From NCBI GenBank assembly GCA_034434835.1, contig DAOTXX010000064.1, positions 3,402 to 67,401 of the forward strand: 64,000 nt of DNA, read 5' to 3'. The DNA is from Thermoflexales bacterium (GTDB lineage Bacteria > Chloroflexota > Anaerolineae > Fen-1058). The notes beneath the pieces were generated by a model that was not told where the DNA came from, did not search any database, and saw only the letters and a program-made list of their open reading frames with translations. This document shows positions 56,037-64,000 of this stretch, one piece after another. Every line of letters begins with the position of its first letter. The stretch's first letter is position 1. The position numbers and the translations under genes were made by a program.

Positions 56037-57248
56037 TCAACTTGCTCCAGCCAAAACCGACACCGCCTGATGTAACAGGCTGGGCCGCCCACGAAGGATA
56101 TCCCAGCGCTGAGGAACGCTGCCCATCTGCGCCACCACTTGCTCCATCTCCGCCACACTCACGAAAGCGGCCTGGAAGCGAATCACCTGTCCAGTCGCTA
56201 TAGCGAGAAAATCTCCGCGACCGGCAAGCTTTTCTGCTCCTGTCCCTCCGATACCTGCTGCAACACGCGCATCCTCGGGCGAGACGACTTTGCCCACCAA
56301 CCTCACCGGAAAATTGGCGCGGATGAGCGTCCCGATCACCTGGGACGATGGCTTTTGCGTGCAAGCGATGACATGAACCCCTGCCTCACGCCCGCGCTGA
56401 ACTAGCCGTGTCAGCGGATCGGCGATGGCCTTGCCTGCCACTTGCATCAAGTCTGCCAACTCATCCAGCACAACAACGATGCGCGGCTCGACGCTCCCAT
56501 GATCCACTCTCTTCTCTCTACCCTCTTCTCTCTTCTCTCGTCTCAACCCCCTGGCCTCCATCAGCCGCACCAACTCATCCAGTGCGCCAGCCGCTTCCAT
56601 CGCGTCACCTATGATTGGCCTCATCAGGTGCGGCAATGCTGCAAACGGCACAAAAGCTCTCCGCTTGGGATCAATCAGGACAAGCTGCAACTGACTGCGC
56701 CGGTGCGTCATTGCCAGACTCAAGATCATGGCCTGGCACAATACCGTCTTGCCCGAGCCGGTCGTGCCAGAGATCAGGACATGCGCCACATCGGGGGCAG
56801 GCAACCGAAGCAAGAGCGGAGCGCCATCGTCGCACATGCCCAGCACGGCTGTCCCCGATGACATCCTTGGCAGAGCTTCAAAACCGGACTTGGCTCGCGC
56901 ATCGGCCAACCGCGCCATAAGCGGCAGCAGTTTGATGGGTTGAGCATCCTCGCGCGGGATTTCCAGTTGCAGCGTACCGCACAGCCCTAGCGCATAGCCC
57001 GGGGCTATGCGATGCACTGCTGAGGCTGCGCGCGACACACGCACACTGGCAACGCCCAAAGCCAACGCCAGTTCATCTGCCAAGGCCTGCACTTGAGCGA
57101 TGCGTGTGCCGGCCGCCGGAGCAAGATGGAATTGTACCACGCGCGGCGTGACAATGCCTCCGGTGACGCGCCCCGGTGCTTTGTGACTCGCCAGCACCAT
57201 CTCGATCCGATCTGACTCTAGTTCCAGTTGTTTGCGTGTCGTGCTCAT
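56037..57248 (-). CDS. Soluble FtsK/SpoIIIE-family DNA translocase motor (alpha+beta domains only; no membrane or gamma domain)
   Basis: FtsK alpha-like N-terminus, Walker A GTTGSGKTV, Walker B VVVLDELADLM; 403 aa; low-complexity REKREEGREKR insert. Confidence 0.7.
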   Translation of the reverse strand: MSTTRKQLELESDRIEMVLASHKAPGRVTGGIVTPRVVQFHLAPAAGTRIAQVQALADELALALGVASVRVSRAASAVHRIAPGYALGLCGTLQLEIPREDAQPIKLLPLMARLADARAKSGFEALPRMSSGTAVLGMCDDGAPLLLRLPAPDVAHVLISGTTGSGKTVLCQAMILSLAMTHRRSQLQLVLIDPKRRAFVPFAALPHLMRPIIGDAMEAAGALDELVRLMEARGLRREKREEGREKRVDHGSVEPRIVVVLDELADLMQVAGKAIADPLTRLVQRGREAGVHVIACTQKPSSQVIGTLIRANFPVRLVGKVVSPEDARVAAGIGGTGAEKLAGRGDFLAIATGQVIRFQAAFVSVAEMEQVVAQMGSVPQRWDILRGRPSLLHQAVSVLAGAS

Positions 57249-57310
57249 GCGCCATCCCTCCCAGGCTTCAGCCTGTGCGCTCTGAAAGAAATTGCCCTAA
57301 GTACATTATA

Positions 57311-57324
57311 AGAACATTTGTTCT
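57311..57324. promoter_or_regulatory. SOS box AGAACATTTGTTCT embedded between -35 TTGACA and -10 TATAAT of the FtsK-like gene promoter
   Basis: Minus-strand read CTTGACAATTAGAACAAATGTTCTTATAATG about 60 bp upstream of start 57248. Confidence 0.55.
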
Positions 57325-57330
57325 AATTGT

Positions 57331-57372
57331 CAAGAAGATAAAGAGGCATCGTTTGAGGGAGACGATGCCTCC
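57331..57372 (-). terminator. Intrinsic terminator after rpsT
   Basis: GAGGCATCGTCTCCCTCAAACGATGCCTC + UUUAUCUUCUU on minus strand. Confidence 0.5.
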
Positions 57373-57390
57373 AAATCGAGTCAGGTGAAT

Positions 57391-57663
57391 CTACCTGGAC
57401 TGCGACAACTGATGAAGCTGCTTCATCAAACGCGCCTTGCGCCGGGCCGCATTGTTTTTATGAATGACGCCCTTGCCCGCCGCATGATCCAGCTCGCTGA
57501 TCGCTTGCTGGAGAGCTAGCCTGGCCTCATCAGGCTTGTTTTCGCTGAGCGCAAGGCGAGCTTTTTTGACGGCTGTGCGCGCACGACTGCGCACGACGCG
57601 GTTGCGTTCCCGCTTCCGTGCGGAACTGCGGATGCGCTTGATAGCGGACTTGATGTTAGCCAA
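57391..57663 (-). CDS. rpsT: 30S ribosomal protein S20
   Basis: [21 protein letters not shown]... full-length match. Confidence 0.9.
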   Translation of the reverse strand: MANIKSAIKRIRSSARKRERNRVVRSRARTAVKKARLALSENKPDEARLALQQAISELDHAAGKGVIHKNNAARRKARLMKQLHQLSQSR

Positions 57664-57775
57664 CGGAACCTCCAGAATAGCTGTGAGCCTTATACTGCGG
57701 GCGCGGAGTATACCCGATGTCGCCGGATTTGTCCAGCCGTGATTCAGATGTTATAATCGTCAAAGGGGGCAGAGA

Positions 57776-58063
57776 ATGAAACTGTCATTGGCAGAAGTCG
57801 AGCACATTGCGGAACTCGCCAAGCTCTCGCTTTCCGACGAGGAGAAAGCGCGTTACCAGGAGCAGCTCTCTGCGATCCTGGAATACGCTGGACGGCTGCA
57901 GGTGGTGGACACCTCAGCGATCCCGCCGACGGCCACGGTGCTGCCTTTGCGCAACGTGATGCGCGCCGACGAGCCGCGCGATTCCATGAGTCGCGAGGAC
58001 GTGTTGGCCAACGCGCCACAGGCTGGGGCCGATTCCTTCCAAGTCCAGGCGGTGCTGGATTGA
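57776..58063 (+). CDS. gatC: Asp/Glu-tRNA amidotransferase subunit C
   Basis: [28 protein letters not shown]... Confidence 0.85.
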   Translation: MKLSLAEVEHIAELAKLSLSDEEKARYQEQLSAILEYAGRLQVVDTSAIPPTATVLPLRNVMRADEPRDSMSREDVLANAPQAGADSFQVQAVLD

Positions 58064-58085
58064 TCCTTGCCCAGGTGATCTCAAG

Positions 58086-59585
58086 TTGACGGCCCTCTGC
58101 GATCTGACTATCCACGAAGCGATGGATCGGCTGTGGCATGGCGAGCTAACCTCGGTCGAGCTGACGCAAGCTGTGTTGGACCGGATCGTCGCAGTCGAAA
58201 ACCAGATTCAGGCCTACCTGACGCTCGCGCCTGAGCTGGCATTGGAACAGGCTCGCGAAGCCGATGAGCGTCGCGCTCGCGGCGAGGATACGCCGCTGTT
58301 GGGCATTCCGCTAGCAATCAAGGATGTCGTGTGCGTCGAGGGCCTGCCTTGCACGTGCGGCAGCCGCATTTTGGAAGAGTTTGTGCCTCCGTACAATGCG
58401 ACTGTCGTCGAGCGATTGCGCGCGGCGGGCTGTGTGATCCTGGGCAAAACCAACATGGACGAGTTTGCAATGGGTTCGTCCACCGAAAACTCGGCGTTCT
58501 TTCCAACACGCAACCCGTGGGACTTGGATCGTGTACCCGGCGGGTCATCGGGGGGAAGCGCCGCGGCGGTCGCCTCCGGCATGGCGCTCGGCGCGCTCGG
58601 CACCGATACGGGAGGAAGCATCCGCCAACCTGCGTCGTTGTGCGGCGTAGTGGGCATCAAGCCCAGTTATGGCCGTGTGAGCCGCTATGGACTCGTCGCC
58701 TTTGCGTCATCGCTCGACCAGATCGGCCCGTTTGCGCGCGATGTGCGCGATGCAGCAATCCTGCTTAGCATCATCGCTGGACACGACCCACGCGATTCCA
58801 CTTCGATGCCATTGCCCGTGCCCGATTACGTCAGCGCGCTGAATGCGGACCACTTGCAGGGCATCCGCATCGGCGTGCCGCGTGAGTATTTCGTCGCCGG
58901 GGTGCAGCCGGAGGTGGCCAAAGCCGTCCAGGCGGCGATCGAGGTGATGCGCGGGCTGGGCGCGCAGGTGCGCGAGGTGAGTTTGCCGCATACTGACTAT
59001 GGCCTGCCCGTGTATTACATCATCGCGCCGGCCGAAGCCTCGGCTAACCTGGCACGTTATGACGGCATGCGCTATGGCCTGCGTGTCCAATCGCCCGAAG
59101 GGATGTGGGAGACCTATCGCCAAACGCGCGGCGCAGGCTTTGGCAGCGAGGTCAAGCGGCGGATTATGCTGGGGACGTATGCACTCAGCGCGGGTTACTA
59201 TGACGCCTACTATCTCAAGGCACAACAAGTTCGCACGCTCATCAAAGGCGATTTCGACGCCGTGTTCGATGCGGTGGATGTGATCGCCTGTCCGGTAGCG
59301 CCGACGACCGCATTCAAGATCGGCGAAAAGGTGGATGACCCACTGCAAATGTATCTTTCGGATGTGTTTACGCTGAACTGCAACCTGGCCGGCATTTGCG
59401 GCATCAGTCTGCCGTGCGGCTTTGACCAGGATCATTTGCCGATTGGCTTGCAGCTCTTGGGGCCGGCGTTCGGCGAAGAGATCGTGCTGCGCGTGGCGCA
59501 TGCTTACGAGCAAGCCACCGAATGGCATACATACAGGCCGCAGATCCCGGCAAGCCTTGAACAGGAACAAGCTCTCGACGATTGA
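58086..59585 (+). CDS. gatA: Asp/Glu-tRNA amidotransferase subunit A (amidase signature)
   Basis: [12 protein letters not shown] amidase signature; TTG start. Confidence 0.9.
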   Translation: MTALCDLTIHEAMDRLWHGELTSVELTQAVLDRIVAVENQIQAYLTLAPELALEQAREADERRARGEDTPLLGIPLAIKDVVCVEGLPCTCGSRILEEFVPPYNATVVERLRAAGCVILGKTNMDEFAMGSSTENSAFFPTRNPWDLDRVPGGSSGGSAAAVASGMALGALGTDTGGSIRQPASLCGVVGIKPSYGRVSRYGLVAFASSLDQIGPFARDVRDAAILLSIIAGHDPRDSTSMPLPVPDYVSALNADHLQGIRIGVPREYFVAGVQPEVAKAVQAAIEVMRGLGAQVREVSLPHTDYGLPVYYIIAPAEASANLARYDGMRYGLRVQSPEGMWETYRQTRGAGFGSEVKRRIMLGTYALSAGYYDAYYLKAQQVRTLIKGDFDAVFDAVDVIACPVAPTTAFKIGEKVDDPLQMYLSDVFTLNCNLAGICGISLPCGFDQDHLPIGLQLLGPAFGEEIVLRVAHAYEQATEWHTYRPQIPASLEQEQALDD

Positions 59586-59919
59586 CACGGGGCAAGTTCA
59601 GAGTCCCATTGTCGCGCTATCATGTGTTTCCAACCCTGCAAGTCGGGTTGAACGTTCCTATCATGAGCGTAGACGTCATCTGCGGGGAGCCAATGTCTTG
59701 ATGATCGCCTGGCGTGAATTTACTGGCCGTGCAATTCGACTGACGGATGAGCCAGGAGAAGAAAGGAACACACAGTTTGACCATTCCACTCCAGACCCAG
59801 CAGCTTCGCGCCTTATCTCAAGAGGCATAGAAAGACAGGGACCACGGATGACACGCGCGGGCATGGGAGCCTGCTCTGCTTATTATTCGGATAGGCTCCA
59901 AGCCTGAAAGAGGTGAGCA

Positions 59920-60063
59920 ATGAAAGTTCGGCTTTTCTCACTGTCGCGCTATGTGGAGGCCGCTCTCCGGCAAGCTGAATATGAACGAGACGAAAACAAC
60001 ACAGTGATCGCCCAAGTTCCAGGCGCATCAGGGTTCTTTGCACAGGGAGATACCTTCCTATGA
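59920..60063 (+). CDS. Small ORF (47 aa) with HicB-like motif, translationally coupled (ATGA) to downstream gene
   Basis: RBS AGAGGTGA 6 nt upstream; ...NNTVIAQVPGASGFFAQGDTF resembles HicB/UPF0150 beta-strand; below ORF-track length cutoff. Confidence 0.3.
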   Translation: MKVRLFSLSRYVEAALRQAEYERDENNTVIAQVPGASGFFAQGDTFL

Positions 60064-61049
60064 AAGTCATCATTCCCCTGGCCGGATTCGGCACGCGCCT
60101 CCGGCCCCATACCTACACCAAGCCTAAGCCGCTCATCAATGTGGCTGGCAAAGCGGTGCTGGGGCATATCCTGGACAAGTTTGCCGGACTCGCCGTCGAA
60201 GAGTTTATCATCGTTCACGGCTATCTGGGCGAGCAAATCCAGAGTTATATGGCCACTCATTATCCTCAGTACCGCGCCCGCTTTGTCGAACAAACTGAAC
60301 TCATCGGCCAGGCCGACGCGATCTTGCGCTGCCGACCCTTTGTGTCCGGTCCGGTCCTCGTGGTCTTTGTGGACACCTTGTTCGAGGCGAACCTATCCGG
60401 CCTGGCGAACGAGCAGGCAGATGCTGTGGCATTCGTCAAAGAAGTGGACGATCCACGCCGCTTTGGTGTAGCCATCCTCGACCCGGAGGGTTGCGTAAAG
60501 CGGTTCGTCGAAAAACCGGAATCCATGGACAACCGACTGGCCGTCATCGGCATGTACTATATCAAGAACTCTATCGCGCTGATGCGGGCCTGTCAGGACC
60601 TGATGGATCGGAACATTCAGACAAAAGGTGAATACTTTTTGGCTGACGCGCTCAACCTGATGATCGAGGCTGGGGCCAAGATCCGCACAGAGACCGTTGA
60701 GGTCTGGGAAGACTGTGGCAAGCCCGAAACCGTGCTGCACACCAATCGCTATCTGCTGAAAAATGGGCACGACAACAGCGCCGAACACAAGAGCGATGGC
60801 TATCTGGTCATCCCGCCGGTCAACATCGCGCCGACGGCGATGATCGAAGCCTCCATCATTGGCCCGTACACCACGATCTCGGATGGCTGCCGCATCTCTG
60901 GCTCGATCATCCGGGACAGCATTGTTGACGAAGATGCCCACATTGAAGATTCGACGCTTGAACAATCGCTTATCGGCAAAGGTGCATTGGTCAAGAGCAA
61001 GTACCGCAAGCTCAATGTGGGCGATTCGTCGTCGGTAGACTTGAGTTGA
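60060..61049 (+). CDS. Sugar-phosphate nucleotidyltransferase with C-terminal left-handed beta-helix
   Basis: MKVIIPLAGFGTRLRP...KPL G-x-G-T-R motif. Confidence 0.7.
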   Translation: MKVIIPLAGFGTRLRPHTYTKPKPLINVAGKAVLGHILDKFAGLAVEEFIIVHGYLGEQIQSYMATHYPQYRARFVEQTELIGQADAILRCRPFVSGPVLVVFVDTLFEANLSGLANEQADAVAFVKEVDDPRRFGVAILDPEGCVKRFVEKPESMDNRLAVIGMYYIKNSIALMRACQDLMDRNIQTKGEYFLADALNLMIEAGAKIRTETVEVWEDCGKPETVLHTNRYLLKNGHDNSAEHKSDGYLVIPPVNIAPTAMIEASIIGPYTTISDGCRISGSIIRDSIVDEDAHIEDSTLEQSLIGKGALVKSKYRKLNVGDSSSVDLS

Positions 61050-61084
61050 TTCACCCACTCTGAAATCCAAGAGTCGAGGATAAT

Positions 61085-62053
61085 ATGGCTCAAATCACTA
61101 TCATCGGATTGGACACCATCGGCATTTCGTTGGGATTGGCGTTACGCAAGACCGCGCAACCGCCCACCCTCGTTGGCGTGGACCAGGACGCGGCCACTGC
61201 CCGCCGCGCGCTCCAACTTGGCGCGGTCGAGCGCACGGAAGGATGGATCAGCAGCGCGGTCAGGGAGGCGGCGCTCGTCATCCTGAACGAGCCATTTTCG
61301 CGCCTGCACGATATCCTCGAAGCGCTCGGCGACAGCCTGCCATCGGGCTGCATCGTGACCTGCACCGCTCCGATCATCGCGCCCGTGCTGGCCTGGGCCG
61401 ACCAGTATTTGCCTGCCGGCATTTCATTCGTCGCCGGGCATCCGATCATTAACCCACACAAGGCCCTGGCTGAACCCAGCGCCGAGCTTTTCCAGCAGGC
61501 GCAGTTTTGCATCATCCCATCGTTCAAGGCTGCGCCAGGGGCCATGGACTTGGTCACCAGCCTGGCAACTGCGATCGGGGCGCAGCCCTTCTTCCTCGAC
61601 GCCGCTGAACACGATGGACTGGTGACCGCCGTCGAAGGGCTGTCCGGTTTGCTGGGGACCCTCCTGATGAGCGCCGCCGCCAAGGCCTCATCATGGCGCG
61701 ACATGCGCCGTCTGGCCGGGGTCGAGTTCGCGCGAGCTACCGCGACCGCCGAAGCCGACCCGACGGCTACCGTCGCCGCACTGCGTGCGAATCGAGAGAA
61801 TCTGGCCCGCTGGCTCGAGATCTATAGCGGTATGCTGAGCGAAGCGCGTGCCGCGCTTCTGGCCGAAGACGAAGCTCCCTTGACCAAGCTGATCACCGAC
61901 GCGCATGAGGCACACGATCAATGGCGGCGAGATTCGCGCGGCGCCAATTGGGAAAGTGTCGCCGAGACGCCCCAGGTCAGTATGGGGCAAATGTTAAGCC
62001 ACTTGATCCTGCCCCAAAGACAGCCGCCGGATCGGGGCAAGAAGCGCAAATAG
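61085..62053 (+). CDS. Prephenate/arogenate dehydrogenase family protein
   Basis: IIGLDTIGISLGLAL Rossmann, FVAGHPI, HDGLVTAVEGLSGLL, ADPTATVAALRANRENL pattern as in TyrA. Confidence 0.55.
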   Translation: MAQITIIGLDTIGISLGLALRKTAQPPTLVGVDQDAATARRALQLGAVERTEGWISSAVREAALVILNEPFSRLHDILEALGDSLPSGCIVTCTAPIIAPVLAWADQYLPAGISFVAGHPIINPHKALAEPSAELFQQAQFCIIPSFKAAPGAMDLVTSLATAIGAQPFFLDAAEHDGLVTAVEGLSGLLGTLLMSAAAKASSWRDMRRLAGVEFARATATAEADPTATVAALRANRENLARWLEIYSGMLSEARAALLAEDEAPLTKLITDAHEAHDQWRRDSRGANWESVAETPQVSMGQMLSHLILPQRQPPDRGKKRK

Positions 62054-62069
62054 AAAGTTTCAAATCCCG

Positions 62070-62318
62070 GTGTGTTACTGTTATATCGTCGAATGTGCCG
62101 ATGGGACGCTTTATACCGGTTGGACGACGAACCTGGAGCGGCGGGTGGCAGAGCACAATGCCGGGCGCGGCGGCCGCTATACCCGCCTGCGCCGCCCGGT
62201 CAAACTGGTATACTCTGAACGCTTGCCGAATCGTTCCGCGGCCATGCGCCGTGAGGCCGCGATCAAACGGATGAACCGACGCGCCAAGCTTACGCAAATA
62301 TCAAATTTCAAATCCTGA
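62070..62318 (+). CDS. GIY-YIG nuclease superfamily protein (UPF0213-like)
   Basis: CYCYIVECADGTLYTGWTTNLERRVAEHN. Confidence 0.7.
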   Translation: MCYCYIVECADGTLYTGWTTNLERRVAEHNAGRGGRYTRLRRPVKLVYSERLPNRSAAMRREAAIKRMNRRAKLTQISNFKS

Positions 62319-62380
62319 ACGGCCGGGGATTCGCACCTTTGTTGAACCTGCCCTTTTGACATTCGACACTTGAGTTTGAC
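62294..62380. repeat. Inverted arrays of AT-rich heptamers (NNTCAAA) immediately upstream of glycosyltransferase gene
   Basis: TATCAAA TTTCAAA ... then on opposite strand CGTCAAA ... GTCAAAA; AT-rich island in GC-rich DNA. Confidence 0.4.
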
Positions 62381-62381
62381 G

Positions 62382-63635
62382 ATGCCTTATCGCGTTTTGA
62401 TGATCGCTCCCACCTCATTCTTCTCGGACTATGGTGGGCACATCCGCATCCTGGAAGAGGCGCGCGTCTTGCGCAAATCCGGTCAGCAGGTCAAGATCGT
62501 GACCTATTACAAAGGCCGCGATGTGGACGGACTGGATATTATTCGCACACGCCCCACGCCCTGGCGCGCCGAGTACGAGGTCGGTTCTTCGCGCCACAAG
62601 TTTGCGTTCGATGCGCTGCTGCTGTGGACGTCGCTTGTCGCCGCGCTGCGCTTTCGGCCCGATGTGATCCACGCGCACATGCACGAAGGTGCGCTCATCG
62701 GCAGCGCGATCTCGCAACTGCTCGACATTCCCATGGTGTTTGATTTTCAGGGCAGCCTCACCAGCGAGATGATCGATCACCGCTTTCTGCGGCGTGGGGG
62801 CTTGCGACACCGCTGCTTGCGTTGGCTGGAAGATCGGATCAATCATGCGGCGCCAGTCATCCTGGCAAGCTCCCGCAACGCCGCTGAGCTTCTGGTGAGC
62901 GAGTTTGGCATCCATCCAGCGCGCGTCCAGGCGGTGCCGGACTGCGTCAACACAGATGTGTTCCGTCCGCGCACGCCAGCCGACGAATCGGATGTGGCGG
63001 CGCTCAAAGCCCAGTGGGACATTCCAGCCGATCGAACGATCGTGGCCTACCTGGGCCTGCTCGCCCCGTATCAGGGCACGGATCTTTTGTTGGAAGCCGC
63101 CAGCATCGTCAAGCGCGTCCGGGCAGACGTTCACTTTTTGATCATGGGCTTTCCCAGCGTCGAGGGCTACCGCGCCAGAGCAATCGAGCTAGGTCTTGCG
63201 GATCATGTCACGTTCACCGGCAAAGTGAACTATGAGGATGCGCCGCGCCACCTGCACCTGGGCGATATGGCCGTCGCGCCCAAGGTTTCGGAAACGGAAG
63301 GCTGCGGCAAGCTGCTGAATTACATGGCGTGTGCGCTGCCGACCGTGGCGTTCGATACACCAGTCAGTCGCGAATATCTGGGCGAGCACGGCATCTATGC
63401 CGCTACTGGAAACGCCCAGGCCCTCGCAGCGGCGATCCTTCAATTGGTGGTCGCCCCGGAACATGGACGGGCGCTGGGGCACTGGTTGAGGGCGCGCGTG
63501 ATCGAACGGTTCTCGTGGGATGATTCCGGTGCGCGCCTGCTCAACGCCTACGATGCTGTCACGGCGAAACTCGCTTTGCCCGTACAAAAGACTTGGTCCG
63601 CAAAAATCAAATCTCAAACGTCAAATTCCAAGTGA
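62382..63635 (+). CDS. Glycosyltransferase family 4 (GT-B fold)
   Basis: Glycos_transf_1-like C-terminal half with E-x7-E-like region; start set at MPYRVLMIAP. Confidence 0.75.
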   Translation: MPYRVLMIAPTSFFSDYGGHIRILEEARVLRKSGQQVKIVTYYKGRDVDGLDIIRTRPTPWRAEYEVGSSRHKFAFDALLLWTSLVAALRFRPDVIHAHMHEGALIGSAISQLLDIPMVFDFQGSLTSEMIDHRFLRRGGLRHRCLRWLEDRINHAAPVILASSRNAAELLVSEFGIHPARVQAVPDCVNTDVFRPRTPADESDVAALKAQWDIPADRTIVAYLGLLAPYQGTDLLLEAASIVKRVRADVHFLIMGFPSVEGYRARAIELGLADHVTFTGKVNYEDAPRHLHLGDMAVAPKVSETEGCGKLLNYMACALPTVAFDTPVSREYLGEHGIYAATGNAQALAAAILQLVVAPEHGRALGHWLRARVIERFSWDDSGARLLNAYDAVTAKLALPVQKTWSAKIKSQTSNSK

Positions 63636-63692
63636 TCTGGCATGGTATCCTTATTGACGTTTGATATTTGGTACTTGGTATTTGAAAGTTGA
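63602..63692. repeat. Inverted arrays of NNTCAAA heptamers (about 4 on top, about 6 on bottom strand) around an 18-bp spacer, abutting wzm start
   Basis: AATCAAA TCTCAAA CGTCAAA TTCCAAG | spacer | (rc) ATATCAA CTTTCAAA TACCAAG TACCAAA TATCAAA CGTCAAT. Confidence 0.45.
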
Positions 63693-63693
63693 T

Positions 63694-64000
63694 ATGCTCT
63701 CTCAATTAGCTGAACTGTGGCGTTACCGTGAGCTGGTGCGTAACCTCGTCGCGCGCGACCTGAAGGTGCGCTACAAAAACTCGGTGTTGGGTGTGGCCTG
63801 GTCGTGGTTGAACCCGCTGCTCATGATGATGGTATTTACCGTCGTGTTCACGGTCTTTAACAGCGCGCCCCCCAACATCTCGCACTATCCGGTGTATATT
63901 CTGGCTGGCATTTTGCCCTGGAACATGTTCTCCGCGTCGGTCGTCGGCGCCACCGCCAGCATTGTGAGTAGTAGCTACCTCATCAAGAAGGTCTATTTTC
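63694..64000 (+). CDS. ABC-2 type polysaccharide-export permease (Wzm/TagG-like), 5' partial in window
   Basis: LVRNLVARDLKVRYKNSVLGVAWSWLNPLL signature of ABC-2 permeases; runs off window end. Confidence 0.65.
   Translation, partial: MLSQLAELWRYRELVRNLVARDLKVRYKNSVLGVAWSWLNPLLMMMVFTVVFTVFNSAPPNISHYPVYILAGILPWNMFSASVVGATASIVSSSYLIKKVYF

Noticed and set aside
59590-59660. tRNA-like sequence (…GTTCAGAGTCC…)
   Set aside because: No acceptor stem or anticodon arm could be formed; likely just gatA 3' UTR hairpins.

Overview
High-GC (about 65%) bacterial chromosomal segment. The gene content resembles Chloroflexi (Gram-positive-type LexA box, Rieske/cytochrome b complex with dihaem cytochromes c, many proline/threonine-rich envelope proteins). 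Roughly 70 protein-coding genes are called.

Housekeeping genes include greA, lysS, rtcA, rnz, rho, radA, mutY, rpsT, gatCA and a metY-metX-metW operon behind a SAM-I riboswitch. There is a Rieske/cyt b/dihaem cyt c respiratory cluster, an ECF sigma/anti-sigma module, lexA, an arsR-P1B ATPase pair, and a 3' glycan-synthesis cluster.

No rRNA, tRNA, CRISPR array or transposase gene was recognised. The segment is nonetheless peppered with small non-autonomous repeats:
- a ~180-bp MITE-like element with ~30-bp TIRs (two full copies plus a degenerate one);
- a second short TIR-like motif, CTAGTTTTCGGATAGGCTC;
- a 123-bp tandem duplication;
- AT-rich heptamer (NNTCAAA) arrays.

Candidates for undescribed systems:
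1. A tightly packed roughly nine-gene operon (9252-17793). It encodes membrane proteins, a double-zinc-ribbon protein with about 13 PDWL repeats, a GlmL/MutL-like actin-fold ATPase and a PT-rich sorting-signal-like protein.
2. A large caspase-like CHAT protease with CBS-like sensor repeats, next to two paralogous small membrane proteins.
3. A truncated soluble FtsK-like translocase plus small membrane protein, sitting behind a consensus promoter with an embedded LexA (SOS) box.

All calls rest on reading motifs in the supplied translations and nucleotide sequence. No searches were run.
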